In this document: piece by piece, positions 30,338 through 41,651 of the stretch
Layout: every line of letters starts with the position of its first letter
How positions within the stretch are numbered: the stretch's first letter is position 1
NCBI GenBank assembly: GCA_965218365.1
Contig: OZ244619.1
Location: 3,715,231 to 3,779,230 of the forward strand
Length of the DNA stretch: 64,000 nucleotides
Direction of reading: 5' to 3'
Source: Candidatus Latescibacterota bacterium
Lineage (GTDB): Bacteria > Latescibacterota > UBA2968 > UBA8231
Position numbers and translations under genes: made by a program
Notes under the pieces: generated by a model
Databases searched by the model: none
What the model saw: the letters and a program-made list of their open reading frames with translations, nothing else
What the model was told of the DNA's origin: nothing

Positions 30338-31195
30338 TCAAACAGCTTTCGTGTAACGTTTTCGCGGTGCCGAACCGCGAAGCCGGAGCGTAACACCGCT
30401 GCTGTTATGAGCCTTGCGGTTCCTCGCTGAAGCCAATAAGGTCATACTCTTCGTGCAGTTTGTATCCAAGCTTTTCTGCGAGTCCATCAGATCGGGGATT
30501 CGCGGTGGTCGTCCAATGTGGATCTTTTTTGATCTTGAGGCACTCTGATAGTAGGGCGGCGGATGTAACATCGCCAACCCCAATCGCCCGAATTCATCAT
30601 CGGTCCCGACGCCAACCTCGATTGAGGAGTTGCTAACCCCGAATGTTGTGGCCTCGGAGACTCGCCTTCCGTCCTTGAGGACCCAGAAGCTAATCCCACC
30701 TTTGTCAAAGAATTGTCTGATTTTGACAAAAGCCAAACTCGCTCAGGCCATGTCGATACCTAACTCCTCGGCTATCGTTTCGTCGAAACGCCGGAGCTCA
30801 AATCCCGGAGGTAACACACTCATTAGCTCAGCGAGGTGGTTTGGGTCAAGATAGCGGGATGAGTAAACTCTTTTCCTCTGCCTCACGGAACGTCGTTTTG
30901 TAGAGTCGAGTACGGCTGCCTCCCACTCCTCTGTTTCCGGGGTCACAAATCCTCCGGTGAAATCGGCACTCCACTGTGGAACCGTATTCGTCGTAGGAAT
31001 TCTTGAACAAATTTCGGTAAGATGCGGGGAAGATGAATTGCCCTCGAGCAGAATATCTGTTCCTACCCGTAGTTGGGCGATCTCAGGTTCGGCAATGGCA
31101 TCCACAGACAGCTCTACAGAATTTCCATACCCATCAAAGTAGCCCTCGAATGTGGCATCAATAAGCGGGCGAAATCTCCTGTGTTCTCCGAACAA
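30338..31195 (-). pseudogene. GNAT-family N-acetyltransferase with N-terminal extension, disrupted by an in-frame TGA (30743-30745) and a +1 frameshift (~30560)
   Basis: ORFs 30743..31195 and 30338..30736 are in the same frame, separated by one TGA. Motif A is ..VGVGTDDEFGRLGLA... After a shift in a ccgccgccc run the frame continues ..ALLSECLKIKKDPHWTTTANPRSDGLAEKLGYKLHEEYDLIGF*, which is the GNAT C-terminal motif B. Confidence 0.45.
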
Positions 31196-31568
31196 GTTAC
31201 GACATCGGGACCACTGGTTAGGACTCAGTTTGACCAGAACATACCTCTTGTCTCAGAGCATTGTATAACGCCGGCATTCGAACGCCTCGTCCCAGCGCCA
31301 GGGCGAAGCGAAGACGAAGCGCAATGCCGCGAAGAACGGAAGCACTGGGCGCCTGCTACGGAGCTCTCTGGCGAATTCCCCGACCGGACTTGCATCGGTT
31401 AGCAGATGGTAACCTGCAAGTCCTGCAAGGCACACTAAACCGATGTGTTATTCGAAGTCGCCACCCAGTACGGCCTTCCAGAAGAACTTGCGGAAATTCT
31501 TTGTCCTTTGCATATTATATCACGACGATATCATTGTGATATCATCAGAAAATGGAGACTCCGGATTA

Positions 31569-32434
31569 TGACTGCCGAGAAACCTACACCTCAGCCTGAC
31601 GGTTGGATAGTGTTCGCGGTTCTAACGTTTCTGGTCGTCGTTAGTATCGCAGGCTTGGTTCTGGCCATCCTCTCACTATTGGCTTGGGCAATAGTCGTTA
31701 CGTCGGTACTACTGGTTGTACTGGGTTTCATGTATCGAGGTTTGTTCATCGTCGAACCGAACGAAGCAGTGGTCATGCTCCTGTTTGGGAAATACAAAGG
31801 TACGGAGACGAAATCTGGCTTGCGCTGGACTAACCCACTTCGGTCTCGCAGAAGAATTTCACTGAGGGCCCGTAACTTTGATAGTGACAGACTGAAGGTC
31901 AACGATAAGAAAGGGAACCCGATCGAAATATCTGCGGTGGTCGTATGGCGGGTGAAGGACACTGCGCAAGCTATCTTTGATGTTGATGACTATGAGGAAT
32001 ACGTCCATGTCCAAGCCGAGTCAGCTGTGCGCCACCTTGCAACTAGCTATCCATATGATGCCGCCGAAGGGGAGCAACTAAGCCTGCGCTCCTCAATCGA
32101 CGAGGTGTCCAGAGCACTTAGCAGGGAAATCCAGGAGCGTGTTGGTGCCGCCGGCGTTTCGGTAGATGAGGCCCGTATCAATCATTTGGCCTATGCGCCA
32201 GAAATTGCGCAAGCTATGCTCCAGCGACAGCAAGCGGAAGCGATCATCGCTGCACGCGCGAAGATTGTTGATGGTGCAGTCGGTATGGTCGAAATGGCTC
32301 TCAAACGCCTCGAAGACGAAAGTGTGCTTGATCTAGACGAAGAGCGCAAAGCCAATATGGTAAGCAATCTGATGGTTGTGCTATGCTCACATGAGGCCAC
32401 CCAACCAATAATAAACACTGGCTCCTTGTACTAA
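31569..32434 (+). CDS. SPFH/band-7 (stomatin/prohibitin/HflC-like) membrane protein
   Basis: An N-terminal TM segment is followed by [33 protein letters not shown]...[19 protein letters not shown], a canonical SPFH core. A coiled-coil C-terminus follows. Confidence 0.7.
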
Positions 32435-32445
32435 TTCGATCTAGT

Positions 32446-32601
32446 ATGGGCAAAAGAAAGTCGGTCCCACTCCGAATCGACATAGAATTGTGGAACGATT
32501 TGAACGCATGGGCGAAGGATGAGCTGCGCAGTTTAAATGGTCAGATGGAATATATTCTTCGTGAGGCCGTTCGAAAGCGCAAGAAGAATAGAACTTCCTG
32601 A
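32446..32601 (+). CDS. Small ribbon-helix-helix (Arc/CopG/antitoxin-like) DNA-binding protein (51 aa; not in ORF track)
   Basis: Manual translation: MGKRKSVPLRIDIELWNDLNAWAKDELRSLNGQMEYILREAVRKRKKNRTS. It has the beta-strand-then-two-helix RHH pattern, 11 nt after the SPFH stop. Confidence 0.4.
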   Translation: MGKRKSVPLRIDIELWNDLNAWAKDELRSLNGQMEYILREAVRKRKKNRTS

Positions 32602-32723
32602 TTTTCCAAAGAGCCATCTGGCAATGCACTTGCAATTTCGAGTAACGCTCTCACAATTCACGAAGCCGCGAATACGGAATACCGAATGCCCAGCGCCGAA
32701 CGGCGCCGTCAGGGTCGCTCGTG

Positions 32724-33031
32724 TCACCTTTCAAAGAAATCATCAGCCCATACGAAATCCGTGATGCCAGCGTTCTGAGCGGTTTTTCTGTCACTTTCTG
32801 AATCGCCGACCATAACTGACCGTGCAAGATCGACGAAGTGTTTATCAGCAAGTCCAGTTATCATTCCCGGCTTGGGCTTTCTGTACACCGATTCGACCCA
32901 CGGACAAGCCCAGAAGTCAGTAACAAGACCGCCAATCGCTTTGTCAACTTGGTCGATAAACGAGTTTGATGTTTCGACCGTTATTAAACCTTTCTCTATC
33001 CCGGACTGATTCGTAACGACGAAAAACATGT
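32724..33031 (-). pseudogene. HAD-IIIA (GmhB/histidinol-phosphatase-like) hydrolase C-terminal fragment, N-terminus replaced by element copy 10
   Basis: ..FVVTNQSGIEKG...ACPW...YRKPKPGMITGLA...SVMVGDSESDRKTAQNAGI are HAD motifs II-IV. The first 15 codons of the ORF-track ORF are read from the IS remnant. Confidence 0.5.
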
Positions 33032-33198
33032 TCAGCGAGGACCGGGTTGGACCCGATACGGGCCCACAGGCCACCCAACCCTACTGCGAGCCCTGTCAAA
33101 CGACCTGCAAACGATCCTCAGCGAGCTTGCCCTGCCCCTTGTGTGTGTTCGGCGCCTTGACAAGAGGGCCGAAAAGGTGCCTCATTTTTCCTATACTT
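33032..33198 (+). mobile_element. IS91/ISCR-family element remnant, copy 10 (shortest, ~167 bp of tail)
   Basis: tcagcgaggaccgggttggacccgatacgggcccacaggccacccaaccc...tcctatactt. Confidence 0.8.
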
Positions 33199-33202
33199 CT
33201 TC

Positions 33203-34636
33203 GACATCGGCAGCCGGAAGCAATTGTTTGTCGACGATCTGCTCGTCGATGAAGCCAGCCGCATCTCGCGCTACCAGTACCGGCCCACCAAGTACGCCGA
33301 GAATCCCGTTATGGTCGCAGACCACCCCTGGGAGCAGGGCAAGTACGGCGGCAAGAACGAGGGCGTGGAGATCGTGGGCCAGACGGTGCTCTACGACGAG
33401 GAGGAAAAAATCTTCAAGATGTGGTACGTGCCCTGGGCCCTGGAAAAGGGGCGCCGGCCCTGGTGTTACGCCACCTCCGAAGATGGCTACAACTGGGACA
33501 AGCCGGAGCTCGGCCTCATCGAATTCGACGGCTCGACCAGGAACAACCTGCTTGGCATACACGGCGAGCCGAGCTACTACAACACCTTCAAGGACCCCCA
33601 CGACCCGGACCCCCAGCGCCTCTACAAAGCCCAGGGTGAGATGCATGGCCCCGGCGGCCACACGCCGCCCGGCGGCATGGTCAACGCCTACTCCCCCGAC
33701 GGCCTGCACTGGACCTACAACAACAAGGCAGTAGTGATGTACCCCACCAACGTGGCCGATGCGGCCGCCGTGCTGGGGTGGGACCATCTGCGCCAGAAAT
33801 ACGTGGGCTACTACCGGCCCGGTCATCCCCTCGCCTACGAGATCGACAACATCGGCAAGCATCGCCATATCCGCACCGTCGGCTACGCGGAAAGCGATGA
33901 CTTCGAAAACTGGACCGACACGCGCATGATGCTGGCACCGGACGCCAAAGACCGGGTGGACCACCAGTACCAGTACTTCACCGCCGGCATCTTCGGCGAG
34001 TTCTATCTGGGGTTTCTCATGGTGCACAAGACCCACGACCAGGTCTGGGACATCTTCCTCATGAGCAGCCGCGACGGCTTCCACTGGAACTGGGTCGACC
34101 GCGACATGCCCTTTCTCTACCGCGGCGAAGTCGGCTCCTACGATGCCGGCTATCTGATGCCTTCGGGACCGATCCTGCACGACGGTCAAATCTGGATCTA
34201 CTATACCGGCTTCAGCGGCGCTCACAGCTCCAACCCCACCGTGCTGGGGGAACGCTGCGTCATGACCGTCGCCCTCGCCACGACGCCGGAAGACCGCTGG
34301 GCCGGCCTGCTGGCGGGGCCCAATCAAGGGCGCATCATCACCCGTCCGATCACCTTCAAGGGATCGAAGCTGTTGATCGATGTCGACGCATCGGTGCCGC
34401 AAAGCATTCCTACCGAGGAGATGAACTTCGACGAGTGCGAAGTGCGGGGCTCCCTGACCGATCAGTCCGGGGGCGAGCTCGAAGGTTTCTCCTTCGAGCG
34501 CTCCAGCCGCATTCTGGAGAGCGGCGTGTTTGAAATGAGCTGGGAGGGCGCCGATCTTTCTCGGTTGGAGGGAAAGCCGGTGCGCCTCAATCTGGAGATT
34601 CGGTCTGCCTGTCTGTATTCGATCCAGTTTGTTTGA
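33203..34636 (+). CDS. Beta-propeller glycoside-hydrolase-like protein, paralog 2; the native N-terminus (~10-12 codons including the start) appears to have been removed by element copy 10
   Basis: The open frame begins DIGSRKQLFVDD two codons after the element end. The homolog at 44294 has MAEPTVPRLPVVLDIGNERQLFVDD. The ORF track starts it at a TTG (33224). Family motifs DPHDPDPQRLYK and SEDGYNWDKP are present. Confidence 0.5.
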   Translation, partial: DIGSRKQLFVDDLLVDEASRISRYQYRPTKYAENPVMVADHPWEQGKYGGKNEGVEIVGQTVLYDEEEKIFKMWYVPWALEKGRRPWCYATSEDGYNWDKPELGLIEFDGSTRNNLLGIHGEPSYYNTFKDPHDPDPQRLYKAQGEMHGPGGHTPPGGMVNAYSPDGLHWTYNNKAVVMYPTNVADAAAVLGWDHLRQKYVGYYRPGHPLAYEIDNIGKHRHIRTVGYAESDDFENWTDTRMMLAPDAKDRVDHQYQYFTAGIFGEFYLGFLMVHKTHDQVWDIFLMSSRDGFHWNWVDRDMPFLYRGEVGSYDAGYLMPSGPILHDGQIWIYYTGFSGAHSSNPTVLGERCVMTVALATTPEDRWAGLLAGPNQGRIITRPITFKGSKLLIDVDASVPQSIPTEEMNFDECEVRGSLTDQSGGELEGFSFERSSRILESGVFEMSWEGADLSRLEGKPVRLNLEIRSACLYSIQFV

Positions 34637-34765
34637 TGCCGGATCGACGAGGTCTCGCAGTGGAGGCGTTTTTCACGGCCTCGAGGGGCCGGGGTTTTTT
34701 TACTTGCTTTCGGCAGCCGCAATCGCTAATTCATGGGGAGACAACAATTTCGAGGGAGGTCCTTG

Positions 34766-35296
34766 ATGAGACTGCTATCGATTCTGGGCGTGGTCCTGCT
34801 GTTGCACACCGCAGAGGCTGCTTACGACGGGAATGTCCCGAATGGATCGCCGGTCCCGGCGAATTCCGATTGCCACGTTGCCGCCAAGCCGGCCGGCGCC
34901 AATGGCGCCTCATGTAAGATCAAGGGACCTACACCGAGAGAAAAACCGGTATGCAGCTCGCCCCACGGCGCCCATTTCAACGGCCCCTTGGGAACCGATG
35001 TTCTTGCCACCAGCCCCGGTGTCGTCGAGCGGGTGGGGACCAACAATCATCTCGGCAACTACGTGGTCATCAACCACAGCTCCAATGTGAAGACCTCCTA
35101 CGGCCACCTGGAGTCTTCCAGCGTGAGGCGGGGCCAGCGGGTGATGCTTGGGGATGTCATCGGCACGATCGGCAAGTCTGGCAGCACCACCGGGCCCGGA
35201 TTGCATTACATGATTACCCAGGGCAGGCGGTCTCTAAACCCGATTCAGTACATCAGAGCGGAACGGCGCGGCCCGCAAAGGCGCGGCGCCCGCTGA
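34766..35296 (+). CDS. Secreted M23 (LytM-type) metallopeptidase
   Basis: Signal peptide MRLLSILGVVLLLHTAEA with RBS gagggagg. The LytM core is ..GTDVLATSPGVVERVG..GNYVVINHSSNVKTSYGHL....GQRV..GDVIGTIGKSGSTTGPGLHYMI. Confidence 0.7.
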   Translation: MRLLSILGVVLLLHTAEAAYDGNVPNGSPVPANSDCHVAAKPAGANGASCKIKGPTPREKPVCSSPHGAHFNGPLGTDVLATSPGVVERVGTNNHLGNYVVINHSSNVKTSYGHLESSSVRRGQRVMLGDVIGTIGKSGSTTGPGLHYMITQGRRSLNPIQYIRAERRGPQRRGAR

Positions 35297-35484
35297 CGCT
35301 GCGAGCGGTCCGCCGACCTACCCGTACAGCTACGCAACTCTGCAGCATCGGACCGGGGATTCGCCTCGTTTCCCCGGTCCGATGCGAAATCACTCTCGCT
35401 CAGACAGGTCGATGTTCTCGTCCGGCGCGGTCGGTCGCTCTCGTCGACTGCCAATCGCGCTTTGATCGCGAGGACCGTCCGACC

Positions 35485-37064
35485 TCAGTGAGGCGCCGGC
35501 TCCTCCACCTCGTCGAACCAGTAGGAGTAGATGGCGGCGTTGTTCGCCGCGAAACGCAGCTGCACCGGGCGATTGACCGAGGCCGCCAGATCGCCCGACG
35601 TCCATCGCACCGGGTAGCGCGGATAATCCCTCGCGATCGGCTCCGATTCCGCGATCGAGCTGCCCGACTCATCCACCACCTGCACCCCCACCGATCCCCC
35701 GGCGGCATCCACATTGACCGACAACCACGGGCTCGGCAACAGGAACGGCTCGGTCGAGACGGAACCTCCGCCGGCGCCGCCATCCAGGGAGATGAAGCCG
35801 TCGCGCCGCAACACCGCCAGACACGCAGCGCTATGCCTGGGGTCTGGATCCGTTGGCGCCGTGCGGTACCGCGAGCCGTTGTAGTAGAACCACAGCTCGT
35901 CCCCCCGGTAGATCGGCTTCGAGGGCGGCATGATTCCGTTGAGATCGAAGGCTCCCGATTCGATCGTCGACGGTCCGATGAACGGCTCGCGATCGCCCAG
36001 CCGACTCCAGGTGCGCAGGTCCCGGCTCGAGGTCAGCTGCACCCGGTGGAAGCCGTCCGAGTTTTCGTTCCGGTCCCCGGTGTGGTGGAAGAAAGCGGGA
36101 AGACCGATGTACAGGCCCTCATACCGAAAAACCCCCATGTTGTAGACGTCGACGAAATACTCCTCGGGGACATTGTAATGGGGATGTACCAGTGAAGGAT
36201 TCTCGAACCGCGCCGCGATCACCTCGCGATTCAGCTCCTGATCCTTTTCGTCGGCGTGGAACACTAGCTCCGGCTGCGACCACCGCTCGAAGTCCTTGCT
36301 CGTGGCCAGGGAAATCGATCGACCGTACCGGCCCATCTCCCCTTCCTTGAGCGTGGCGATATAGATCCCGGCTTCTTCGTCGATACTCAGGTTGGCCTCA
36401 TCCCCGGTTGGCAGTCCGGGGCTGTCCAGGGTGCGCCAGTGGATGCCGTCGGCGCTGACCACCAGGTCCTGGGTCTGGAACCGGCCCAAACCTTCGAAGC
36501 GCTCCTCCGCAGGCGCGCCGGGACGCTCGCTGACCTGGATGACCCAGCTGAGCTGATACTGCCGCGGATTGTTCAGCGCGTGGCCCCGCGGGTACGCCAG
36601 CCGCCACGGGTTGTGGCCCAGCTTCCAGTGGTCCGCGATCGGGCTCACCACCCGTTCGGAGGAGCCGCGCAACTTCAGCCCCTTGTAACGGCGCGAGGGA
36701 TCCGGCTCCATCGGGTCGAAGATCACCTGCTCGCCACACGGCCCCGACACCAGACAGTTCTCCAGCGAACCCCTGTGCTCTCGCACCTTCAGGACCGGGC
36801 GTTCCCAGTGGACTCCATCCAGGCTCTCGGCAAGTCCCGTCCCACCATCGCAGGTGATCCAGATCTTGTACCGCCGCGCCTCCGGATCCCACGCCGGCGC
36901 GCAGCGGATCTGAACGTTCTCCTCCTGCCCTTCCGGCTCGATGACCGCACCCTTCTTTTCAGGGGAGTGCAAGGTGCGCTGGAGGTCTTGGATATCGGCG
37001 ATCCCCAGATCGTCCAGGAAGAGCTGACGCCGGCCGATGGGAACATGAAATGGTTTGCTGTTCA
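35485..37064 (-). CDS. Beta-propeller glycoside-hydrolase-like protein, paralog 3
   Basis: Start at MNSKPFHVPIGRRQLFLDDLGIAD. It carries the family motifs EPDPSRRYK and S.DG..W. Confidence 0.5.
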
Positions 37065-37374
37065 TGAGCTGCTTTCGGTGAAATGGCAAAGTAATGGATG
37101 CGAGATTGTTATCGCCGCCGAACTGGGGCAATTCTAAGCTGATCGCACCACCCGAGCAATGCGTGCGCGTTTGGCCCGAACGACGCGGAAGGGAGCGACG
37201 CGGCCGGGCGTTTCGGTCGTTCGACCGATTTCGGCGCCGAGCCTGTGCCCCTTGAGAATTCTGCGCACCGAGACGAGCTTTCGGCGGCCCTCCCATGTCC
37301 GAGCTCAGCTACCGTAATCTGATCACCCTGTCCGTCCCCGCCATCCTCTCCGTCGCCATGGAGCTGAAAGATGC

Positions 37375-38198
37375 GGCCACCGGGGTGCGTACGGCGCCTT
37401 TGTGCTTCGCTTCGAAGGGCTTTTCTCTGCATGCGGCGACGCGGATCGCAGGCCCTGACCGGCGGCGGCTCGAACGCTTATGCCGCTACGTGGCCCGACC
37501 GGCCCTGGCCGCCGGGCGCCTGCGCCTCCTCGATTCGGCACACCTTTCCTTCGCGCTCAAAACACCGTGGTCGGATGGGACCAGCCATCTCCTCCTCTCG
37601 CCGATGGAATTACTGGAAAAACTGGCGGTTCTGGTCCCCCCTCCCCGGCTCCATCTCCTGCGCTACCACGGGGTCCTGGCCCCACGGGCCCGAGACCGCC
37701 ACCGCATCGTGCCGGCGCAGCCGCTAGCCGAGTCGCCGGCGGCCAACCGCGCTTCGAGCGCTCCGCCCTGCGGCCATCGCCTGGGGTGGGCGGCCGTGCT
37801 CGCCCGCGTGTTTGCCACCGACCTCAGTGCCTGCCCGGCCGGTGGCGGTCGCCTGCGGATCATCGCCGCCCTGACCGATCCAGCCTCGATCCGACGCTAC
37901 CTGGTGGGCGTGGAGCTGCCGCCGAAAGCCCCGCCGAGGGCTCCGCCACAGCCCCAGTTCGAGTTCTCCGTCTGACCTCCTCCGCGATGGGCGCCGGTGA
38001 GCCCTTACGGAGAAATGCGTCCTGAATGGTCTCAGCGAGGACCGGGTTGGACCCGATCCGGGCCCACAGGCCACCCAACCCTACTGCGAGCCCTGTCAAA
38101 CGACCTGCAAACGATCCTCAGCGATCTTGCCCTGCCCCTTGCGTGTGTTCGGCGCCTTGACAAGAGGGCCGAAAAGGTGCCTCATTTTTCCTATACTT
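37375..38198 (+). mobile_element. IS91/ISCR-family element remnant, copy 11 (C-terminal ~190 codons of tnp plus 3' end); left bracket of the HEPN cassette
   Basis: Nearly identical to copy 9. Confidence 0.8.
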
Positions 38199-38395
38199 CT
38201 CTACCGTCGTCGCTTAATCCGAGACGTGATGTACAAGCACGACGCCTCGTGGAACCACCATACGACCTTCGATCCGAGGCGAGGGGCGCTCGACCAGTAT
38301 CGTCGTTAGGCAATCACGTTACCCCCAGAAAATCTACATTAGATAAACTTCACCAAGCAAAGCACCTGAGAGCGTATAGCGCTGGAGCGAGGCAC

Positions 38396-38821
38396 ATGAG
38401 TCTTTTGAAGCAACAGAACGGCGACGATTACCCTGAAGCTGCAAACAAGCATTTACAGGATGGGTACGTACTCCTGAAGGGCAACCGCTTCGATGGAACT
38501 GCTTATCTGGCCGGGTACGTGGCCGAGTGCGCAATAAAGACGCTGATTCAAGTAGAAACCGGATCAGGTTTTCGCTCTCACGAGCTTGTTGAATTGCAAA
38601 ATACCTTTGGTACACTTGCCGCACAGTTCGGTGCTCGTACTAGCCGGTTCTACAATCCATTGGCAGCGCAGCTAAAAAACTCCGAGGTTATCAAATGGAA
38701 CCCGGAAATGCGCTACCGCGGTCCTGCGATCACCGAAAACAGTGCCCGCGAGATGGTTCGGGAGGCAAACGAGATATATGGATTGGTAATCGGCGAACTC
38801 ATTCTGGACGGAGTGATCTGA
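38396..38821 (+). CDS. HEPN-domain protein (pfam05168-like; no Rx4-6H motif seen)
   Basis: MSLLKQQNGDDYPEAANKHLQDGYVLLKGNRFDGTAYLAGYVAECAIKTLI..GSGFRSHELVELQNTF...EMRYRG..ENSAREMVREANEIYG matches the HEPN pattern LL..G.Y..A...AYYA.E.ALKALL......SH.L..L...F....R..Y...A.E....A.E. The RBS is ggagcgagg. The stop overlaps the next start. Confidence 0.5.
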   Translation: MSLLKQQNGDDYPEAANKHLQDGYVLLKGNRFDGTAYLAGYVAECAIKTLIQVETGSGFRSHELVELQNTFGTLAAQFGARTSRFYNPLAAQLKNSEVIKWNPEMRYRGPAITENSAREMVREANEIYGLVIGELILDGVI

Positions 38822-40146
38822 TGCAACACTTGGACGATGCCTACCGACAGGCAGAAAAAATTCTAGCGGGATTTCTAGAAGACAAGTCAGTAAACTGGCG
38901 CATCCTTTTGATTAAAGATGTCTTTGCCAAGCTACGTATCGTCCTTTGGTGTCCCAAAAAAAGTAGGGAATCCGGCCGCGAAGAAATCAATCAAAGCCTT
39001 CGTCAGGTCTCATCGCCCTACTGGTCAGAAAACGTGTTGTTCGGGCAGAAAAAGGATGAACCGCCCAATGGCCCTTGGCAAGATGCTGCTTGGCGTAAAG
39101 CACAAGATGTCGAGGGAGTGAATGGTCTTCGGGTCTTGGAGCGACACCGAGCCAAGACGGGTTGGTTTGAATCCCCCGACGAGCCGCCATGGACCCTCAA
39201 AAAAAACACTGGAGTTCCTATTTGCCTCTTCTATTCGTTTAAAGGGGGCGTAGGTCGGTCGATGGCCCTCGCGGCGACTGCGTTGCATCTGGCTACTGCC
39301 GGTGATCGAGTTGTCGTGCTAGATGCGGATCTTGATGCACCCGGAGTAGGTTCCTTACTCGCGGGATACGACAGCGCGACTGCCCCGTGGGGCATTGTGG
39401 ACTATCTACTCGAGTACCCCATCTTGGCCGAAAATGGAGGACTGGATATCGGAGATTACTATCACCTCTGTCCGTCCGAACTCGTGCCTGGGCAAGGAGA
39501 AATTCTCGTATTTCCGGTGGGGGTTTTCGATGATCGGTATCTTAACAAGCTCGCACGGCTCGACTACGGAGTTCCACCGGATCATCCAGAACATCCCTTC
39601 GTTTCACTTCTGAAACAGATTGGCCGAGACCTCGCACCAGATTGGATTCTGGTTGATGCCCGTGCTGGACTGGGCGATGTGTCGGGGTTCTTAACTGGAG
39701 GTTTGTGTCACCTTCATGTGTTGTTCGGCACACTGGCAGACGCGAGTTGGCAGGGTATGAAGCAGATCGTAGATCGGCTCGGGGGCACTCGGGTACGGGA
39801 AGGCAAGCCCCAAGCTGAGTGCCTAGTAGCAGCGGCGATGATACCGCGATCTCAAGAGGCCCAGTATCAAGAATCCGTGGAATGGTTCACGGATCAAGCA
39901 CGCGATGTGTTCTCCAATTACTATTACGCAGAAGCAGGACACCAAGACAAATTTTGGACGATGGACGACATGGAGAACACCGATGCCCCGCATGTCCCTA
40001 TCGTACTGCCCTACGACGAACGCCTTGCTCTTTTCCGAAATCTGAGCGAAGTCAATTCCATCCTGCTTACTCCGAACGGGCCTTATGGAGAGCTTGCTGA
40101 GCATCTGAAAGCTGGCTCCCGTCGATTGAAGGAGACAACTAAATGA
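38821..40146 (+). CDS. ParA/MinD-like deviant-Walker-A ATPase with unique ~170-aa N-terminal domain (Walker A KGGVGRS, with Arg in place of the P-loop Lys)
   Basis: ICLFYSFKGGVGRSMALAATALHLATAGDRVVVLDADLDAPG is the KGGxG[KR]S P-loop plus DxD. The Walker B candidate is WILVDARAGLGD. The TGATG overlap with the HEPN gene and the ATGA overlap with the next gene indicate translational coupling. Confidence 0.5.
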   Translation: MQHLDDAYRQAEKILAGFLEDKSVNWRILLIKDVFAKLRIVLWCPKKSRESGREEINQSLRQVSSPYWSENVLFGQKKDEPPNGPWQDAAWRKAQDVEGVNGLRVLERHRAKTGWFESPDEPPWTLKKNTGVPICLFYSFKGGVGRSMALAATALHLATAGDRVVVLDADLDAPGVGSLLAGYDSATAPWGIVDYLLEYPILAENGGLDIGDYYHLCPSELVPGQGEILVFPVGVFDDRYLNKLARLDYGVPPDHPEHPFVSLLKQIGRDLAPDWILVDARAGLGDVSGFLTGGLCHLHVLFGTLADASWQGMKQIVDRLGGTRVREGKPQAECLVAAAMIPRSQEAQYQESVEWFTDQARDVFSNYYYAEAGHQDKFWTMDDMENTDAPHVPIVLPYDERLALFRNLSEVNSILLTPNGPYGELAEHLKAGSRRLKETTK

Positions 40147-41651
40147 ACAACACATCGAGACTCACTAAAGAGCGGTGTACTGACCTGCGTGGTCAGCTCA
40201 GCGATCTTGGCTATGGGCAGGCTGAATCGGAAACGTCGGAACTCTTCTCACACAGACTTTATCTCGTCCCGGAACATCTACGAGCACTTGATCCGCGTGT
40301 CGTACTGGTCGTCGGTCCCCGCGGTGCAGGGAAGAGCGCGTTATTCAGAGCCATCTTCTTAGGGATGGATCTCGGCGATGCGATCATTCGTCGCGTACCA
40401 CAAATCGCAAGCACCGCTATGCAGTTTGACTCTACGACTTGGAAGGCCGCCTTTCCTGAAGGCACTAGTTTTCCCGACACTCAAGCCCTTGAGCGACACA
40501 TCAATTCGGACGAGCAGGCGAAGCGCATTTGGTATCTGATGCTCGTCCGGTGTCTGACGTGCGAGTTCGACGACGCCCAAAAAGCAAGCTTGCGGCCCCT
40601 GACCGAGCCAAGAGCTGCAGAAATCGACAAAATACTCGCTGCTGCTAACTCACTGGAAGCCAATCCTACAGCGGTTCTGGACGCACTGGAAGAGCGACTC
40701 GAACGCGAAGGACGCTGGGTTTTTGTCGGCTACGATGAGCTTGATACGTTAGGAGGTTTCAATTGGACATTGATGGCACGAATGGTGCGCGGGCTTGTCG
40801 CTTTCTGGTCTGACTACAGTAGACGTTGGCGACGGATTCGGGCAAAGATATTCCTCCGCTCCGATCTTTTTCGCCGACACGCAGGCATGGGTACCGCAGA
40901 CTTTGCAAAGCTTGCTGCCAATCGCGCCATACTTGGCTGGTCTGACGCAGCAATACTCGGAATGCTGGTGAAGCGCATCGCCAACACATCTGACGAATTA
41001 GAGTCCTACTGTCAAGGGGCAAGGGTTACGTTTGAAAAGGATGATACGCTCGGGTTGGTTCCCAATATACAAGCGCCTGATGTTGCCCACCCATTGCTGG
41101 AGCGGATGGTAGGCGAGTACATGGGCTCCGACAAGAAGAAGGGGTTTGTCCGCAATTGGATACTTGCCCATCTACGAGATGGAAACGGCGATCTCTGCCC
41201 GCGTACGCTCGTGCGACTGGTAGAGATCGCCGCCGCGAATAACTCGGCGAACCGAACTCTGCGCCCGCCGCGGCTGATCCATCCCACAGCACTACGCCAA
41301 GCCCTCAATGACGTGTCAAGCGACCATGTAACCCAAGGAATTAGCAGCGAATGGCCATGGTTGGAGGGGGTTAAAAGGCGACTGAAACAACAGCAGCTTG
41401 TGCCGTGGCAGAGTAGTGAGATTGTGAATCTGCTCAACTCGGACTGGGATGAAACTTGGGGACTACCAAGTAGCACTCCCGTGCGACCGCCCGAGGAAAG
41501 GCCGGCGGATCTCGTTAATTATCTCGTCGAGCTTGGTATTTTCCGGAGACGCTCCGATGGGCGGGTTGATGTGCCTGACCTGTATCTGTTTGGCCTAGAA
41601 CTCCGTCGCAAAGGCGGCGTTAAGGTAGGTGCTCGTCGCCAAAGAAGCTGA
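40143..41651 (+). CDS. AAA+/STAND-like P-loop NTPase (502 aa)
   Basis: ..HRLYLVPEHLRALDPRVVLVVGPRGAGKSALF (Walker A GPRGAGKS) and RWVFVGYDELDTL (Walker B hhhhDE). The sensor-2-like segment is PRTLVRLVEIAAANN. The C-terminus is unrecognised. Confidence 0.45.
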   Translation: MNNTSRLTKERCTDLRGQLSDLGYGQAESETSELFSHRLYLVPEHLRALDPRVVLVVGPRGAGKSALFRAIFLGMDLGDAIIRRVPQIASTAMQFDSTTWKAAFPEGTSFPDTQALERHINSDEQAKRIWYLMLVRCLTCEFDDAQKASLRPLTEPRAAEIDKILAAANSLEANPTAVLDALEERLEREGRWVFVGYDELDTLGGFNWTLMARMVRGLVAFWSDYSRRWRRIRAKIFLRSDLFRRHAGMGTADFAKLAANRAILGWSDAAILGMLVKRIANTSDELESYCQGARVTFEKDDTLGLVPNIQAPDVAHPLLERMVGEYMGSDKKKGFVRNWILAHLRDGNGDLCPRTLVRLVEIAAANNSANRTLRPPRLIHPTALRQALNDVSSDHVTQGISSEWPWLEGVKRRLKQQQLVPWQSSEIVNLLNSDWDETWGLPSSTPVRPPEERPADLVNYLVELGIFRRRSDGRVDVPDLYLFGLELRRKGGVKVGARRQRS

